Shown here: positions 51,777 to 64,000 of the stretch, piece by piece | How the letters are laid out: every line of letters begins with the position of its first letter | Numbering within the stretch: position 1 is the first letter of the stretch | From: Octopus vulgaris | Taxonomy: Eukaryota | Reading direction: 5' to 3' | Assembly: GCA_951406725.2 (NCBI GenBank) | Contig: OX597830.1 | Location: forward strand, 2,790,001 to 2,854,000 | Length of the DNA stretch: 64,000 nucleotides | Notes under the pieces: generated by a model | What the model saw: the letters and a program-made list of their open reading frames with translations, nothing else | Database searches by the model: none | Told to the model about the DNA's origin: nothing | Position numbers and translations under genes: made by a program

Positions 51777-52294
51777 TAGACTAATTATTTTTGGCAATCA
51801 ATGGATTTTATTCAGAATGATTTGGGTCTTCTATGTGGTCACTTGATTTGCTAGAAACAGCAGACAAATTTTCCTCAAATCACATCCCATCATTTTTCAG
51901 AAGAATATGCTGAATGACATGTACCATGAGTGTTCTATACACAGGAAACAGTTGAGATGGTCACAGATGGAATATCTTTGATCATTGGTTCACTTAATCA
52001 TGGCTAACCTGACCATATACAACAACAATAACAACAACACTCTGTTGTACCCTGACTATATTTCATGTGAACATATTTCAGTTTTAGGCTTAAAATAAAA
52101 TTGTTCTTGATAAAAATGCTTTGCTGTTTTCTAACATTGGTTTCAATGATGGCGTTAGTTTTGTGGCACTCATTATTCCTGTTGTGGGGAGGATCCTGTA
52201 GAATTGGCATTTTAGAAATACAGAAAAATAGAGAATTGATGCATTTTAGGAATTCTTTTATATATATATTTTTTTCAAAAGTGAGATAAAACAA

Positions 52295-52396
52295 ATATAT
52301 ACACACATATGCATATAGGTGTCTGTGTATGAGTGTGTATATGCGTGTGGGCATGTTTGTGAGTCTGTGTGTGTGTATGTATGTATGTTGTATGTG

Positions 52397-52427
<31 letters not shown>

Positions 52428-52527
52428 TTATGTGTGTATGTATAGGTATATATATATATATATATATGTGTGTATATACACACACACATATATGTATACA
52501 TACATATATGTGTGTATATGTATATAT

Positions 52528-52572
<45 letters not shown>

Positions 52573-52588
52573 CACACACACATACATA
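52295..52588. repeat. Compound (TG)/(TA)/(CA) microsatellite
   Basis: Direct reading. Confidence 0.93.
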
Positions 52589-53219
52589 GGAAAACAATAA
52601 TAACAAAGAAACAAATGTAATTTGATTTTTCTTTAATTTTTGTCATAAATCTGAAATTAATTGAAAAGTTTTCTTCAGTGTCTAATTAATAAAGCAATAA
52701 AACTGAAGTTAATGCTTTCTTATCTCGACACCCAACCTTGCTTTAAAAACAAAAAATACACAAAAAATATGTAACTTGATATAATTTCAATATTTGCTAC
52801 TCGAAATATTGTATTGACCATCAAAAGAAAAATAAATGTATTCTTTTAAATTTTTACATTTCATATTAATGAAATACAAAAGTTAATTCAAATAATTTCT
52901 TTGAAATTTTTGCTATTAAATGAATAACATTATAAAAAAAGAAATTTAAAATAATTTGTTTTCTGGTTGATTCTATCTGATGTTTTTTTTTCTTTTTTCA
53001 TATAATTTATCTGTGAATATGATGAGAATGGTAAGATTTGCAAAATATGTGTGACATTAAAGAATCGTACAAGAAATTCTTTAAAATTCTTATGACCAAA
53101 AAAAAAGATAATAATAATAACAATAATAAAATTTGAAAAAAATTTTAAATCTAACAAATTATTTTAACATGAGTACTTGAGGTACCTGAGAGAAATTTCG
53201 ATTTGTAATGGCCTACATT

Positions 53220-53542
53220 TTATATATATATATATATACTCCATATATATATATAATACACATACAAACATACATAGATACAGATATACATACATATATG
53301 CATACATACATGCATGCACACATAAATACATACATACATACATGCATACATACATACATGCATACATACATACATACATACATACATACATGCATACATA
53401 CATACATGCATACATACATACATACATACATGCATACATACATACATACATACATACATACATACATACATACATACATACACACACATACAGACATACG
53501 GACATACAGTCAGACATACAAACAGACAGACAGATAGATAGA
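53220..53542. repeat. (TACA)n microsatellite with TGCA variants
   Basis: Direct reading. Confidence 0.96.
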
Positions 53543-53824
53543 ATCCTTTGTTCATTTGATTATTTAGTGTCTGTTTGTCTCTGTTAGCATGACTCAGAAG
53601 GAATGGATTTTGGGGAAATATTTGTGAGGTAGATGCTCTTGTCACCAATTCCACCTTGGTTTTCCTGGTAAAGAATTTTTATATTCTACAGATCTGTAAA
53701 AATGCCAAGACTCTGGTCATATTATCAAGAAAGAATTTTAAAACTAGCCCCACTTCATTTAGATTTGCCATGGAATTCCCACTATTCATGCTCATTCACA
53801 GACATACAACAAATACATTTACAT

Positions 53825-53956
<132 letters not shown>

Positions 53957-55032
53957 CATAAATGTTTGTGTGAAGAGCCAGTGCTTATCCTATGGAAATG
54001 CCAGTGTCTCTCCATGGAATTCTGATGTTCTGCCCAAACATCTGATCAATATCTTCAAGCCAAAATGGTCTAAAAGAGAACCGATATCCCTTAGAAATAT
54101 CTGCAACAGACTATACACCACTGAAGGTGCTGAAATGGCAGAATTCTTGAAATATTATTGTCATGTAGTTCCAGCATTCTGCACTCTGAGTTCTAATTCC
54201 ACTGTGGCCAATTTTCCTTTTCAAGGTCAATAACGAAATATCTGTCCTGAGTGAATGATTGATGGGATTAGGAAATGGAATACCTGGTAGTGTTAGGTCT
54301 ACTTCTTTGAATTTTGTGTTTCAGGTGGTTTAATCTATCACATTGATTAACACCAACCCCTGGTCCTCTTTGGGTGACTGACTTTATTTAATTCATTCTA
54401 CTTGAAATATTCTGGTCACACATTCATAAACACTGCCTCTCTCCTCACGATTAAATTATCAAAACTGTGAAAGTAGTATCATTAAACTCATTCGATTGAC
54501 CACTTTCTTTTGGTCAAGATACTTTTGTTGAAAAGTTGACAAAATTTGTCTCAGTATATTAACTGATAGCCATGTAAGAGACTTTAGAGAGAGAAGAAAA
54601 CAAATTAAAGACCAGAATATTTATTAAACGTCATAAACCAGATTATTTTCCTGGACACAAATTAAATCTTGCAGAGAAAGAATAAAGATTATGGTAAACC
54701 TTCTACAGTATGTAACTGGAACTTTGATATCAGAATAATGTAAGTCAAACTCAGAGTTGTGGCACAATATACTAATTTCTCCATTTGTCTTGCATGTTAC
54801 CATTCTAGCAAATTCCAGTTTCCAGGAACCCAAAATATTGATTTTCTGCTGAAGGCACGAAGATATTGTATGAAGAGTAGAAAGAATGCAATGACTGCTG
54901 TATATAAAACTGCTGGGAGAAATGTCAGAAAGTATTTCTGTCCAACACTCTAACAACTCTGCCAGTTTGCCACTTCGTAATAATAATAGCAACAACAATG
55001 ACAATAAAAAAAAAAAGGAAAATAAAAAATAG

Positions 55033-55316
55033 TAAAGTACCAGGACCGAGCTATTGAATTACAGAGATTAGGGAAAGTGTGGGTAAAATGTATGGCAGTA
55101 GTTATAAGTGCATTGGTAACAATCCCTAAAGATTTGGACATATGGATAGAGGAAATAGGTATAAAACCAAGTTTAGTACAGCTGCCGAAAACCATGTTAT
55201 TAGGGAGAGCTAGGATACTTGGGAGGGTTTTTGGTATCTAAGGTTACTTGTTGTTGCCCATTGTTACGATTTTTTTCTTTTGCAACAGATTAATCTGTTG
55301 TGTGTATATGAATATA

Positions 55317-55345
<29 letters not shown>
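55033..55345 (+). mobile_element. R4/Dong LINE 3' end
   Basis: KYQDRAIELQRL...VVISALVTIPK.L...LVQL.K..LLG.ARIL..V* then a short UTR and (AAT)n. Confidence 0.85.
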
Positions 55346-55346
<1 letters not shown>

Positions 55347-55347
<1 letters not shown>

Positions 55348-56082
55348 GGTATCAAAGTTTGGCACAAGGCCAGCAAGTTCAGAGAAGGGGACAAGTTGAT
55401 AACATCGACTCCAACTGGTATTTATTTTATTGACATCGCACCCCTAAAAAAAGGCTAAAAGGCAGAGTTGATCTTGGTGGAATTTGAACTCAGAACGTAA
55501 AGATGGATAAAATACCACTAAGCATTTTGCCCAGCATACTAATGGCTCTGCCAGCTTGTCACATTGGTAGTAGTAATGATAATAATAAAGATAATAACAA
55601 TAATAATAATAATAATAATAATCCATTGTATTATAGATACAAGGCCTGAAATTTTGTGGGGAGGAGAGGAGTTGATTACATCGACCCCAGTGTGCAACTG
55701 GTACTTATTTTATCAACCCCATAAGATGTAAGGCAAAGCTGACCTCAGTGGAGTTTGAACTCTGAATGTTAGGATGGATGAAATACTGCTAAGCATTTTG
55801 CTCATTGTGCTAACGATTCTGCCAGCTTGCCACCTTAATGATAATAATAATAATAATAATCCTTTCTACTATAGGCACAAGGACCAACATTTTAGGGGAG
55901 GGGAGGGGGTGCCTGTCGATTAGATCAATTCCAGTGTGCAACTGGTACTTAATTTATCAACTCCAAAAAGATGAAAGGCAAAGTCGACCTCCGCAAATTT
56001 TGAACTCAGAATGGCGCGATGGGCTAAATGCCATAAAGCATTTCATCTAGCATGCTGATGATTCTGCCAGCTCGCTGCCCCA
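55347..56082 (-). mobile_element. Three tandem family C SINEs separated by (AAT)n
   Basis: Copies at 55347-55560, 55621-55836 and 55858-56082; tRNA head (gagttcaaattcc B-box) and gtcgactttgcctttcatc body on the minus strand. Confidence 0.9.
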
Positions 56083-56821
<739 letters not shown>

Positions 56822-56822
<1 letters not shown>

Positions 56823-58122
56823 AAGAGCACTCAGAGAGAGCGTAAACCTCTGCCAAGGCAACACCAACGTCCTCTCAATGATTAGCCAGAGATGATTCTT
56901 AAAATGAGAATATCTGAAATAAACTTGGCTGCTCTCAAAAACGAAAATACTAAAAACGAACCTGACAGCTCTCAAAAATTAAGTAAAAAAAAAAACGGAA
57001 CAATAATCCAGAATCCTTGTCCAGTACCTGATCGATCCCAATGGTAGTCATGGAATGACCAATGGGTGTGCGGGATGTGTTTGTAATGCTGTGTGTGTGC
57101 TGTCTGCAGTAGGAACAGGGGTAGTTTTCTCTATGAAGGCCTTTTTTAGTCTTTCCACTGATATAATGTCCTTACGACCATTAAGCTCTATAGTGAAAAC
57201 TTTATCCATGCATGAAAGAAAACGGAAAGGACCTGCATACAGTGCTATTAACAGAGGTTTAACAATATCGTTGCACACAAAAACGCGAGCCCAAGTAAAG
57301 CTTCTTTCAAGGCAGAGCTAGAAACGCAATTGTCAAGTAGGTCAGAGGTTTTAAACAGGAGCGATATATTCAAAATTGGTAAAACTAAAAATTGTCAAAG
57401 ATAAATTAAATTTCTGAACGGTTTTGCTGCCGTTTGTTTATGTGGTTTGATTTCTTTATCCATAACTCACGTGGAAGCCATGGGCATGATTTCAAGGAAG
57501 ATAATCAGAGAAAGACTTGAAAGTGAACGTAAGATCATAATACTTCATGTAAAGTAAATATAACAAATAATCCAGAATCTTTGTCCGGTAGTGGATCGAT
57601 CCCACAATCTAATCAGCTCATGCCAGTCACGAGGTCATACATCCCTGAAAGTTTCATCCGAATCCATCCAGCAGTTCTTGAGATATCTTGTCCACAGACA
57701 AACAAACATACAAACACAATTGAAAACACTATCTCTGCCTTCGCTAAGGCAGAGATAACAAGAGCATTCAGAGAGCTCAAACCTCTGCCAAAGCAACACC
57801 AACGTCCTTTCAATGATTAGCTGGAGGTGATTTTTAAAATGAGAATATCTGAAATAAACTCAACTGCTCTCACAAACGAGAATACTGAAAATGAACCTGA
57901 CTGCTCTCAAAAATTAAGTAAAAGAACCGGAAAAATAATCCAGAATCCTTGTCTGGTACCGGATCAATCCAAAAATCTAATCAGTTTGTGCTAGCCACGA
58001 GGCCAAACATCTCTGAAAGTTTCATTCGAATCCATCCAGCAGTTCTTGAGATATTTTGTCCATGGACAAGCAAACAAACTCGACTGGAAACAATACCTCC
58101 ATCTTCGCTAAGGCAGAGGTAA
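56822..58122 (+). mobile_element. Tandem Helentron/HINE (DINE-1-like) non-autonomous elements
   Basis: Units begin aagagca.tcagagag..aaacctctgccaa; (caaa)n; 3' hairpins at 57730-57757 and 58094-58121; head-to-tail junction at 57757. Confidence 0.75.
57048..57320 (-). pseudogene. Gypsy-type integrase C-terminal (GPY/F) fragment
   Basis: LYAGPFRFL...KVFTIELNGRKDIISVERLKKAF. Confidence 0.75.
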
Positions 58123-58129
58123 TGATAAT

Positions 58130-58349
58130 AATTCCTTCTATTATTGAGGAACAAGGCCCGAAATTTTGGGGGAAGGGATACATCGATTACATTGATCACA
58201 GCACCCAACTGATTCTTATTTTATCGACTGTGAAAGGATGAAAGGCAAAGTCGACTTTGGCTGAATTTAAACACTGAACGTAGTGACAGGCGAAATACTG
58301 CTAAGCATTTTACCCAGCATGCTAACAATTCTGTCAGCTCACCACCTTG
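58130..58349 (-). mobile_element. SINE family C
   Basis: Same body as 55858-56082. Confidence 0.88.
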
Positions 58350-58370
58350 ATAATAATAATAATAATGATG

Positions 58371-58434
<64 letters not shown>

Positions 58435-58439
58435 TTTTC

Positions 58440-58603
58440 TTATGGTTTCTTAAACATTCTCTAGAACAACACTATATACAAAACCAAATATATGGCACCC
58501 TAGGCATAACACCAACATGAACTTCCAACTTGTTGTCTCTTGAGGTCTCTGGGTGAGACTTGGAGCCAACTTGTACAAATTCAAAGCAAAAGTCAAACAT
58601 AAA

Positions 58604-58640
<37 letters not shown>
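58440..58640 (+). mobile_element. Probable R4/Dong-related 3' end between (AAT)n tracts
   Basis: ttgaggtctctgggtgagactt resembles ttgaggtccttgttgggactt in the UTR of 58641-59190; (AAT)n tail. Confidence 0.5.
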
Positions 58641-58641
<1 letters not shown>

Positions 58642-59135
58642 CAACATACACCAGAAAAGGTAATGGAGGATAAGGCAAAAATCCTCTGGGACCTTGACTT
58701 CCAGATCGACAAGGTATTAGAGCACCAAAGGCCAGATATAATAACCTTTAGGAGGGACAAACAAGAGTGCCTAATAATCGATGAGGAAGTGCCAGGAGAT
58801 CAATATATTATCATGAAAGAAAGTGAAAAGACTGATAAATATGGAGAGGTGAGAATTGAGATTGCAAAGATGTGGCAGCTACGAGAGTCAAACATAAAGG
58901 TTGACTCTATTGTCATCGGAGCATTGGTTCCAGTACCACCAAAACTGATGAGAAACATCTGGGCACATTAGAAATACCCTACAATTGGCAGAAATTGGCT
59001 CTACTCGGAACTGCAAGCATACTGTGTGAAGGATTTTGTGTTTGAGGTCCTTGTTGGGACTTCACCCCCGATACACACAATATTTTCCATCAACATCATG
59101 ATATCAGATACTGTGCAGTGTCTTCAATAATGATG

Positions 59136-59187
<52 letters not shown>

Positions 59188-59190
59188 TAA
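58641..59190 (+). mobile_element. R4/Dong LINE 3' fragment (restriction-like endonuclease)
   Basis: KILWDLDFQIDKVLEHQRPDI...CLIID..VP.D.....KE.EK..KY...IVIGAL; (AAT)n on both sides. Confidence 0.92.
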
Positions 59191-59528
59191 ATAAAAATGA
59201 AGTATGGTAGTGCCCCACCCAGCTCCATGTTCATATTACATCGTTGCCAATAGATTAAGTAATTTAGGATTGTTTAAACAATGAGAATGATTGAATCTCA
59301 CATTGATTATTAGCAATTCTACTGCAATATGATAATGTTATCTCCCTGTAGTTGTAATTATTGTTGTTGTTGTTGTGATGGTGGTGGTGCTAATTGTTGT
59401 TACTGCTGCTGCTGCTGTTGTTGTTTTAATTTGTTCATCTTTTGCAAATATCTTCTCTTGTTTGCTTGGTTTTCTTTCAACCAGTTGTGAAGTTCCCACA
59501 GAAATACCCACAGATGATGCTCTCCTTC

Positions 59529-59559
<31 letters not shown>

Positions 59560-60603
59560 CTATATGTGCGTATGTGTGTATGTTGAATCTATTCTTAAAT
59601 AACATACACACCCACATATATAGACATACATATATACAGACTTATATGCATATATATATATAAGCACACACACATACATATATATACACATATACATATA
59701 AGTATATATGTATGTATATCTTCCTGATTTTGTTGCTTGATGTTATCAAATGAGATAAAAGTCTAAAAGATACAACATGAAACCAGATTCAGTAGATACT
59801 GCAAAGAAATCATATTAGCAGCAGAAAAAAATTAGTTTTCCAGGAGGAAAAAAATGTTTCTAAAAAATATAAATATAAAAATATTTTTGTCTTTTTGTTT
59901 CTCTTTCTTTTAGCTTTTTTTGAGCTAATTTCATTTTTTTTTTCTTTATTCTATTTGTGTAAACTTATAAAGCAAATCTTCATTTGTTCAACGCACATGC
60001 AAAAACCTGTTCAGCATATATGAAGATATATGTGTGTGTGTGCATGTGTGTGTGCATGCATGTGTGTGTATATATATATATGCATGTGTGTGTGTGTATA
60101 TGTACATACACACGTGCTAAAATGCCTATATATATAAAATAATTAGTCATACGTATATATACATACATTGGCACATGCATAGGGACACATTTTCATGCAT
60201 ACACATGCACATATAAATGCATAGAGGCATACATGCATGCTTAAGTACATATATACATACATACACATATGTATACATACGTACACGTACACACACACAG
60301 GTGGATACATGCATGCATGCTTAAATGCGTACATGTAGATGTACACGCAATATACATACATTATCTGATGTACACAAACAGATACATCAAAATGCAAAGA
60401 AAAGACACAATATTTTAAAAAAAACAGACAAAATCCTCAAAACACACAGATAGAAATGTATGCACAAGTGTATAACCTGCATGGTATACTTGTACTTCTG
60501 CAAAAGCACATTCGCACAGACTCACTTTCTATGAATATTTTGACACAAATATACACACATATTTATGAGACTCTTCAAATATGTCACTATTTATCTACAT
60601 TAT

Positions 60604-60617
60604 CATATATATATATT

Positions 60618-60710
<93 letters not shown>

Positions 60711-60774
60711 GCATACATAAACACACATATATAAATGTGTGTGCGTGTGTGTATGAATATACACAAACACATGC

Positions 60775-60806
<32 letters not shown>

Positions 60807-60815
60807 GCACACATA
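60604..60815. repeat. (TA)n compound microsatellite
   Basis: Direct reading. Confidence 0.95.
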
Positions 60816-61629
60816 GAGGCATTTTTGTGGCCTAGACATATTTCTGTACAAATTTAGAAATTCCCCATATACACGCACACAATAACTGGCCAATCATTTC
60901 TGCACAAACACACACACACACACAGTAGCAGATAGAACACACAGCACACACATCACATCTCTCTCTCTCTCTCTCACACAGACAGCTTATCAAACACAAA
61001 ACCACAATCTCTCTCACTCACACTCCCGTGTTGCACCAAATCACATACTTTATTCTTTATCCAGTTTTTTTCTCTCTGTTTGTTTCCTGGTCTTCCTATC
61101 AGATATATTTTCTTTAATTAACACTTTATTCCCAGACTTGTTTTCCAAGTCTGTCACCTAATACATTTTCTTTTATTAATCTAAACTCTCTCACCCTCTA
61201 CTTTCACTTATATATCTAACAACCTTTCACATACTTAAATATCATGTCGTTCCTAACCATTTCTGGTGGCTTTAAAATTGTTCCTGCCATTCTCCAGCGT
61301 TAAGTCTGTTTATCAAATGTTCGAAGATTCAGTACATGTCACTTGGTTATTTAGAATTAAATAACAAGTATTTCTCATAGATACAGCTTCCCATCTCTTC
61401 TGCTGTATTCACATACATCTTTCTTGTTATGCAACTGTAACAGAGAAAGAGAGATAGTACGGAAAAGAAAGAAATGTAGAGATATATATCTCTATGTTGT
61501 TTGTAAGAAAAGCAATTTTGTTAATAAACCTGTTGAGAGCCATAGTCACCTGGGACCACAGGATTAAATAAAACCAGGCACCTAGTCTTCTTAATATTAC
61601 AAAGGATAAATGTTAAGGAATATTCTAAA

Positions 61630-62044
61630 CTTTTCTTTTATCTTTTATCTTTTGCTTGTTTCAGTCATTAGACTGTGGCCATGCTGGGGCACCACTGGGG
61701 AATTTTAGTGGAACAAATCAACCCCAAAATTTATTTTTATTTTAAAATCCAGTACTTATTTTATTGTTCTCTTTTTCTGAACCACTAAGTTACAGGGGCA
61801 TAAATACAGAAATACCAGTTGTGAAGCAGTGGTGGGAGTCAAACACAGACACAAAGACACACATACATAGATATATACAATGGGCTTCTTTCAGTTTCCA
61901 TCTACCAAATGTACTCACAAATTTTTGGTCAGCATGAGGTTATTGTAGAAGACACTTGCCCAAGCCAAGGTGCTACAGAGTGGGACTGAACTCAGAACCA
62001 TGTGGCTGGGGAACCAATTTCTTACCACACAACCATGCCTGCAC
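61630..62044 (-). mobile_element. SINE family A, full length, diverged
   Basis: Matches 43980-44437 in reverse. Confidence 0.88.
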
Positions 62045-62649
62045 TTTATATACACACACAAACCATCAGCAACAGCATCATTTAACATCTGTGTCCATAC
62101 TGGATGTATATATATCTACGAATTAAATAATATAATATAAATATGTGTGTGTGTGTGTATACACCTATGTACTTAAAAACATACAGACACACATATTCAT
62201 TAGTTTGTGTGTGTGAATGAACGCAGGGCTTCTTAAAATGTGACCAGAACAATGCATACATTTTGAGTTCAATGTCCTCTTCCTCACTGCTTTAACCAAT
62301 TAAACCAAATTTAATTATTACACATCTGTGATTAAGAAAGTCTCCCAATGACTAAAATGGTACTTCCTACATTTTATTTGCTTCCTTTTTGGGAAATTCT
62401 TCCCATCTAATCAAGCAGAAGAAACTCTTTGCATCATATAACCACTGAAGTGGATTCTTGGAGACTTAATGTAGTGACGCTAGGAACTGCAGCAATTAGA
62501 GTTACTGCTTTAATAAAGAGATCATCATTACATAAATAATTACTTCTGGTTAAAAAGAGGCTGATGGGGGTGGGGAGACATTATTAATTAAAGAATAATA
62601 TAATGGTATGTGAGTGTGATTTCTTGCAGTTAAACCTTTAATAATATTT

Positions 62650-62862
62650 TCTAATTTTAGTGCAAAGTCAGCACATTTGTGGGGTGAGGGATTAGTCTTT
62701 TACAATGACCCCAGTATTTGACTGGTACTATATTTTCAAGAGCACAGATGGAGGAAAGGTAAAGCTGACCTCAGCAGGATTTGAACTCGGTGTGTAAAGA
62801 ACTGGAAAAACGTTGCAATACATTTTGTTTAACTTCCTAATGGTTTTGCTAGTTTGCAGTCT
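62650..62862 (-). mobile_element. SINE family C, diverged
   Basis: gaccccagta...actggtac...ggatttgaactc. Confidence 0.7.
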
Positions 62863-62885
62863 TAATTTTTGTAATAATAATTCGG

Positions 62886-62953
62886 TCTCTCTTTCTCTTT
62901 TCTCTTTTACTTGTTTCAGTCATTTGACTGTGGCCATGCTGGAGCACTGCCTT
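62886..62953 (-). mobile_element. SINE family A 3' tail only
   Basis: cttttacttgtttcagtcatttgactgtggccatgctggagcac. Confidence 0.85.
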
Positions 62954-64000
62954 AGTCTATCATTATATAACTAATTATTTATGGAAAAAAGCAGGTAGGG
63001 TGGGGGGAGAGAATTAATTAAATATTGAGTACAGTGGTGAGTGCGATTTTAGGCAACATGGTGACAGATGTGGATATTTCGTTTCCTTTCCATTCTGCCT
63101 CCTCAGTGAAACGCAATTACTTTAAACTAGTGGACAAGTGCAAAGGCTTTTGTAAAGGAAAATACAGTGGGACTATTACTTGGGGGCAGCTTGCCGTATG
63201 ATATTCAAATGGTAAAGTGAGAACTAATGTGATGGAGTAAACCAAGTAATTTCATTACAGCCTCACTGATGGGAACAATAACTCTAAAAACGCATGATTA
63301 TTATAAAAGGAAAACAGGCAGAGAGGACAACCCTGGAGTTTTAATTAATTAAAATTAATCAGTTTTATTCCCCACTGCATTTGATATCTAATTAATTTAA
63401 TTAATTAACATTTGGAAGTTGTCTTCTTTACCTTTTTATGATCAAAATTTGTCATTTAAGTAATTTGGCTCTAATTACCAAAGGTGTAAATTTAATTTAG
63501 ATTTATTTGCATACTGCATTAAATATACTAGCATCTACATTACTGTTAAGTTTCCATACTGCAGGAGTCCCTGAGTATTGTTTCCCTGGTCATTCTTTAC
63601 ATCATCTGACCTATTGTACTGTAATATACAACATGACAGTTTGAAGTACAAGAAACATTCATCACTCTAACTGATCTTTATCAAGGGCTAATTGTCATTA
63701 GATATTTACTTTGGTTTCAGGGCAGAGGTCACCAACGAAGCAAGAATTAGAATAATTAAGACAATGTTTTCTAAACTCTCCACATTATTCTAGTGATTCT
63801 TCTATCAATAGAAGCAATTCTTTTGAAGCCTAGAATTACAATCTTTTTGAAGTAAGAGATTATTGATGTGCCGTCTCTTAAGGGACTATCAATATATTTG
63901 TTCTGATAAATTGAATTCTTTTCACAAACAAAATATTGTAAAGAATGAATTATGCTCCAAGATAGCAATTTTATCTTCTTCAAAGTGTAAATATTAAAAT

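Noticed and set aside
59474-59530. Strong splice acceptor ttttctttcaaccag
   Set aside because: Runs into (CT)n with no donor; an exon cannot be supported.
63771-63983. Possible GIY-YIG C-terminal remnant on the minus strand
   Set aside because: Similarity too vague; key residues absent.

Overview
AT-rich, microsatellite-dense animal DNA, mostly non-coding (intronic or intergenic). The SINE repertoire looks like that of a coleoid cephalopod (Octopus-like), which is my inference from recall. Almost all ORFs in the supplied track are microsatellite artefacts. Recognisable content: two decayed Tc1/mariner-superfamily transposons and two MITEs; Helitron- and Helentron(HINE)-like elements; RTE, CR1/L2, L1/Tx1-like and R4/Dong LINE fragments; several SINE families; and a few weak host-exon candidates. 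The most unusual signal is a set of about ten short non-coding inserts, mostly in (TA)n tracts. They carry minimal type-I hammerhead ribozyme (HHR) motifs with palindromic stem III, and several are built as asymmetric fold-backs, which is Penelope-like pLTR architecture. One couples a tRNA-like head to the hammerhead and has a 15-bp TSD; another has a covariant U3:A8 core. All calls were made by eye; element boundaries are approximate.
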